Below, in pieces: positions 60,098-64,000 of a stretch of 64,000 nt of DNA; position 1 is the first letter of the stretch; each line of letters opens with the position of its first letter. The stretch spans positions 177,985 to 241,984 of the forward strand of contig CAXXWX010000027.1 in assembly GCA_963675745.2 (NCBI GenBank). Direction: 5' to 3'. The stretch is from Phycisphaerae bacterium. GTDB lineage: Bacteria > Planctomycetota > Phycisphaerae > UBA1845 > Fen-1342. Both the position numbers and the translations under genes were made by a program. The notes under the pieces were generated by a model. That model was not told the DNA's origin. It did no database searches and worked only from the letters and a program-made list of their open reading frames with translations.

Positions 60098-61885
60098 GTG
60101 ACGCAGCTTGATCGACAAATCCTACGCACGCGCCGACGGCTGATGACCAACGTTATTTTTGAACGGGCGGCAAGCGGCATCCTGATCGCAACATTGATCT
60201 GGTCGGCCGTGCTCGTAGTCGAGCGCCTCTGCGTTTTCGGCATTCCGGTGTGGTGGGGGCTGGCGGGGGCAGCCGCGCTGGCCCTGGTCATAACGCTGGC
60301 CGGCGCGGTCGCGGGCCGCGTAAGCCGCTTGCACGCCGCAGTCGCGCTCGATAGCGCCGCCGGCCTTAAGGAACGTATCAGCACGGCGCTGGCTTGCCAG
60401 TCCGACCGGGATCCATTTGTCCAGGCGGCGGTTCACGACGCCGAGCAGAAGGCGGGCGGCGTGCGCATTCCCGTTTGTATTCCGTTGCGCGCGCCGCGCC
60501 TGTGGGGCTGGTCGGTGTCAGCCATTGTGCTGGCCACGTTGCTGGGTCTGCTGCTCCCACCATTGGACTTGTTTGCCCGTGAGGAGCGCGCGCAACAACG
60601 GCTCTTGGCACAAGCGCAGCAGGCCGAAAAAGCGGCTATCTCGTCGGATTTGAATAAGCAATTCGAGAAGCTGAAGGAATTGGCGCAACACAACCCCGAG
60701 TTGGCCCAGTTGCAGGATGCGCTGCAACCGCTCGATGTGCCGAACGACCCCGGCCAGACACCCGACGACATACGCCGCGACGCCGTGCGGCGCATAGACG
60801 ACGTACGCGACCAACTCGCCGACAAGATGCGCTCCGGCGACCTTGACATGCTCAAACAGCTCAAGAAAAACCTGAGCCAACTCAACCCGCTGTCGGGCAA
60901 CGACAACGCCGCCAAATTGTCCAAGGCGCTTGCGGCTGGAGATTTCAGCAGCGCGCAAGAGGCGGTCAAGCAGTTGAAACAGGAGCTCGAGAGCGCCGCC
61001 AAAAGCAGTGACCCTGAGCAGCAGCAGAAAGCGCGTGAGCTTCAGAAGCGGCTCGACGAGCTCGCGATCAAGCTCGGCAAGCTGGGCGACACGGCGGCGT
61101 TGCGCAAAGAGCTTGAGAACAAGGCCGGCCTGTCGGAGCAGGACGCCAAGGATCTGATCGACAAGCTGACGAAGTCCGGCGAGACAGACCCCAAGGCCCT
61201 CGAAAAAGCGCTCCAGCAGGCCCTGGGCGGCTCCAAGATGTCGAAGCAGGCGATGCAGAAGCTGGCCCGCAAAATCTCTCAGAACAACAAGGCCTGCAAG
61301 GCTTGCCAGGGGTTGGGGCAATGCCTGGCACAGGCCGCGCAAGCCGCGCAGCAGAGTGATGCCGCCGGCAGCGGAGGCGGTGGCGCGCAGGGCGCGGGCG
61401 GCGCCCTCAGCAATGCGCTGGGGCAACTCTCCGACCTCGAGATGAGCGAACAACTCATGAATGAACTCGAGGCGCAGATTTCAGACCTCAGCAACCTGCG
61501 CGACGGCGTGTGCCAGAACCCCGGCACCGGCGCCGGCCAACAGGGACAACCGGGGGGAACCGGGCCAACCTACGGGCTTGGCTACGGCGATGGGATCGGC
61601 AAGGAAAAGGCCTCGCATCGGCTGACACCCACCAAGGCCGAACTCAAGCTCGGACCGGGTGAGATGATCGGCCAGGTTCTGATTGACGGGCCGCAGACAC
61701 CCGGCGACGCGCAGGCCGCTGAGAAAGCGGTCATCACTTCCGCCGTGCGTGATGCCCAGGATGCCATCGAGTATGAGCGCGTCCCGCGGCAATACCACCC
61801 GGCGATCAAGGCCTACTTCGACCGACTGGCCGGCTTGGGCAACGAGGCCAAGCCCGACAAACCCGCCAAACCCGACAACCACTAA
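60098..61885 (+). CDS. Membrane-anchored coiled-coil protein (DUF4175-like)
   Basis: GGGGAG RBS; three TMs; AVALD...LKERISTAL; Q/E/K-rich coiled coil; C-terminal VPRQYHPAIKAYF. Confidence 0.7.
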   Translation: MTQLDRQILRTRRRLMTNVIFERAASGILIATLIWSAVLVVERLCVFGIPVWWGLAGAAALALVITLAGAVAGRVSRLHAAVALDSAAGLKERISTALACQSDRDPFVQAAVHDAEQKAGGVRIPVCIPLRAPRLWGWSVSAIVLATLLGLLLPPLDLFAREERAQQRLLAQAQQAEKAAISSDLNKQFEKLKELAQHNPELAQLQDALQPLDVPNDPGQTPDDIRRDAVRRIDDVRDQLADKMRSGDLDMLKQLKKNLSQLNPLSGNDNAAKLSKALAAGDFSSAQEAVKQLKQELESAAKSSDPEQQQKARELQKRLDELAIKLGKLGDTAALRKELENKAGLSEQDAKDLIDKLTKSGETDPKALEKALQQALGGSKMSKQAMQKLARKISQNNKACKACQGLGQCLAQAAQAAQQSDAAGSGGGGAQGAGGALSNALGQLSDLEMSEQLMNELEAQISDLSNLRDGVCQNPGTGAGQQGQPGGTGPTYGLGYGDGIGKEKASHRLTPTKAELKLGPGEMIGQVLIDGPQTPGDAQAAEKAVITSAVRDAQDAIEYERVPRQYHPAIKAYFDRLAGLGNEAKPDKPAKPDNH

Positions 61886-61940
61886 GCGGCGCCGCACGCC
61901 GCGTCCGGACCGCCACGCTTGCGCGGCGGCACGACCTCCC

Positions 61941-62588
61941 GTGTGCGTGACAGAATCGGCGGCGTGTGGTCATCCGTGCCAGCGGCCCGGGCACGAGCGT
62001 TTCGCTCCGGAGGAGCGTGGGCGCGTAGCCACGGGTGGAGCGCAGCGGAACCCGTGGACACGGTCCGCCACCACAAGCTCTCCGCCCCGCAGGGGCGGCG
62101 GAAGATGCGCTCAGCCCCCCAGGTATCGCGCGTCGTGCTCGATCCCGTGTGCGTCCAGCAACGCCTTCGGCTCCTCCACGAATCCTCGTCGACCATGATG
62201 CGCCGCCTGAACTTGGATATATCGCCGCACGATCCCGAACTGCGACGTGCTCGTACAGGCGTGGTTGCAGCTCCGTGGCGATGAGGTCGGCGCGGTGCTT
62301 GGTGCTGAAGGCCACGTGATAGAGCAATCGCGTGAAGGTCCCCGGCCTGTGCGCCTCCCCCGCCCCTGCGGGGCGGAATGACATGTCAACCCGCATCCTA
62401 TCCACGGGTTGCGCTGCGCTGCACCCGTGGCCATGCGCCTGCGCCCCTTCAGGGCGAAGAGTCGCGGCTGAGCAGACCGTGCTCACGGGTTAAGCTGCGC
62501 TGCACCCGTGGCACCGGCCCCATGCCCCTCTGGGGCAAGCCTCACCGGACCACCGCTGCCAACGTCCCGCCGCAAGTGTCACGCACCC
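61941..62588 (-). mobile_element. 648-bp non-autonomous element (copy 2, inverted)
   Basis: Reverse complement of 43015-43662 with about five substitutions seen; 9-bp TSD CGACCTCCC at 61932-61940 and 62589-62597. Confidence 0.92.
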
Positions 62589-62727
62589 CGACCTCCCCCC
62601 TCCAGGTGCGAGGCGCCGCGATATCGCTTATAATTGCTGGAGTGCCCTATCCCGTGTCGCCGGCCTGAAGAGTTGGTGAGCGGGATAGGGCACGCCCCCA
62701 ATGCGGGCTTTTGCAAGGGTACGCTCG

Positions 62728-64000
62728 ATGAGCAGCGCCGAACCGGCACAAAATGAACGACTGATCCTGGTCTCGACGGAGATGCAGGAGTCGTATCTGA
62801 CGTACGCGATGAGTGTGATCATGGCCCGCGCGCTGCCCGACGCGCGCGACGGGCTCAAGCCGTCCCAACGGCGCATTCTGGTCGCGATGAACGACCTCAA
62901 TCTGCACCCGCGCGCAAAGCACCGCAAGTGCGCCAAGATTGCCGGCGACACCAGCGGTAACTATCACCCTCACGGTGAGGGTGTCATTTACCCGACGCTG
63001 GTGCGCATGGGGCAGGAGTGGAGCCTGCGATCCACCCTGGTCGATCCGCAGGGCAACTTCGGCAGCATCGACGGCGACCCCCCCGCCGCCATGCGCTACA
63101 CCGAAGCACGGCTTGCCGGGCCGGCCCAGGAAATGCTGGCCGATCTCGACAAGGAGACCGTTGACTTTGAAGAGAACTATGACGGCACGCGCAGCGAGCC
63201 GGTTGTCTTGCCGAGCAAGTTCCCGAACCTGCTGATCAATGGCTCGGAAGGCATCGCTGTCGGCATGGCCACGCGCTTGCTGCCGCACAATCCCAGCGAA
63301 ATATGCAGAGCCGTCATCGAGTGCATAAACAACCCGGCGATCACCACGGACGAGTTGATGGCCGTCGTGCAGGGCCCCGACTTCCCCACCGGCGGCGTGA
63401 TCTGCGGACGCGATGGAATCCGCGAGGCCTTTGAGACCGGCCGCGGCGCCCTGGTGGTCCGTGGCGTGCTCGAGACCGAAGAGACACGCTCCGGCCGCAT
63501 CCAGATTGTCGTAAAGGAGATCCCCTACGGCGTCCTGCTGCCCACGATCAAAGACCGCCTGATCGACGCCGTCCAGAGCGGCACGATCCGGGGTATCGAC
63601 GATCTGCGGGATGAATCCGGCCGCGAGTCCCTGGTACGGCTGGTGATCACGCTGAAGAAGGATGCGAACGTCAACGTCGTCATCAACCAGCTTTGGCAGT
63701 ACACGCCGCTGCAATCAAACATCCACGCGATGAACGTGGTTTTGGTCAATCGCGTACCGAAAACTCTCGGTTTGCGTCAGCTCATCGACCACTTTGTGAA
63801 ACACCGCGTGGATGTAATTCGCCGGCGAACGCAGTTCCTGATGCGCAAAGCGCGGCAAAGAGCGCATGTGCTCGAAGGGTTGATCCTGGCGGTGGCCGAC
63901 ATCGACGAGATCATCAAGATCATCCGCCAGTCACCCGATGTCGACACGGCCCGCGAGCGGCTCATGAGCAAGGCGCTGCGGCTGAGCGAACAGGCGACGG
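62728..64000 (+). CDS. gyrA: DNA gyrase subunit A (N-terminal part; runs off the window edge)
   Basis: Translated by hand: [74 protein letters not shown]. The C-terminal GyrA box is not visible, so parC is not formally excluded. Confidence 0.85.
   Translation, partial: MSSAEPAQNERLILVSTEMQESYLTYAMSVIMARALPDARDGLKPSQRRILVAMNDLNLHPRAKHRKCAKIAGDTSGNYHPHGEGVIYPTLVRMGQEWSLRSTLVDPQGNFGSIDGDPPAAMRYTEARLAGPAQEMLADLDKETVDFEENYDGTRSEPVVLPSKFPNLLINGSEGIAVGMATRLLPHNPSEICRAVIECINNPAITTDELMAVVQGPDFPTGGVICGRDGIREAFETGRGALVVRGVLETEETRSGRIQIVVKEIPYGVLLPTIKDRLIDAVQSGTIRGIDDLRDESGRESLVRLVITLKKDANVNVVINQLWQYTPLQSNIHAMNVVLVNRVPKTLGLRQLIDHFVKHRVDVIRRRTQFLMRKARQRAHVLEGLILAVADIDEIIKIIRQSPDVDTARERLMSKALRLSEQAT

Overview
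GC-rich bacterial chromosome segment, most likely Planctomycetota (probably Phycisphaerae). The assignment rests on the PEP-CTERM and 'DIDPFV' dockerin-like secreted proteins, an ECF sigma factor/Ser-Thr kinase pair, giant pilins, DUF4175-like proteins and a planctomycete-like GyrA. In order, the window holds: secreted proteases and surface proteins; an arylsulfotransferase/sulfatase pair; ftcD and tsaB; a type IV pilus/T2SS-like cluster (pilB, pilC and six large pilin-like genes); an ECF sigma factor with its kinase; an ISAs1 element; an MFS transporter; a homocysteine methyltransferase; trxB, pilT and a second pilB; thrC and a Cys/Met PLP enzyme; a 16S-less rRNA unit (tRNA-Ile, tRNA-Ala, 23S, 5S); bamA; and the start of gyrA. 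Five observations stand out. (1) A family of non-autonomous elements has three insertions, each with shared terminal inverted repeats and a perfect 9-bp target-site duplication. Their cargo is REP-like hairpins, and two 648-bp copies also carry an internally deleted IS200/RAYT-like tnpA. (2) REP palindromes sit in frame in the cleavable leader regions of consecutive prepilin genes. (3) A palindrome array lies between the divergent thrC and Met-pathway genes. (4) A 13-bp promoter-like motif is shared by two pilus genes. (5) The 23S-5S unit is unlinked from 16S. All assignments come from motif recognition by eye; no database searches were run.
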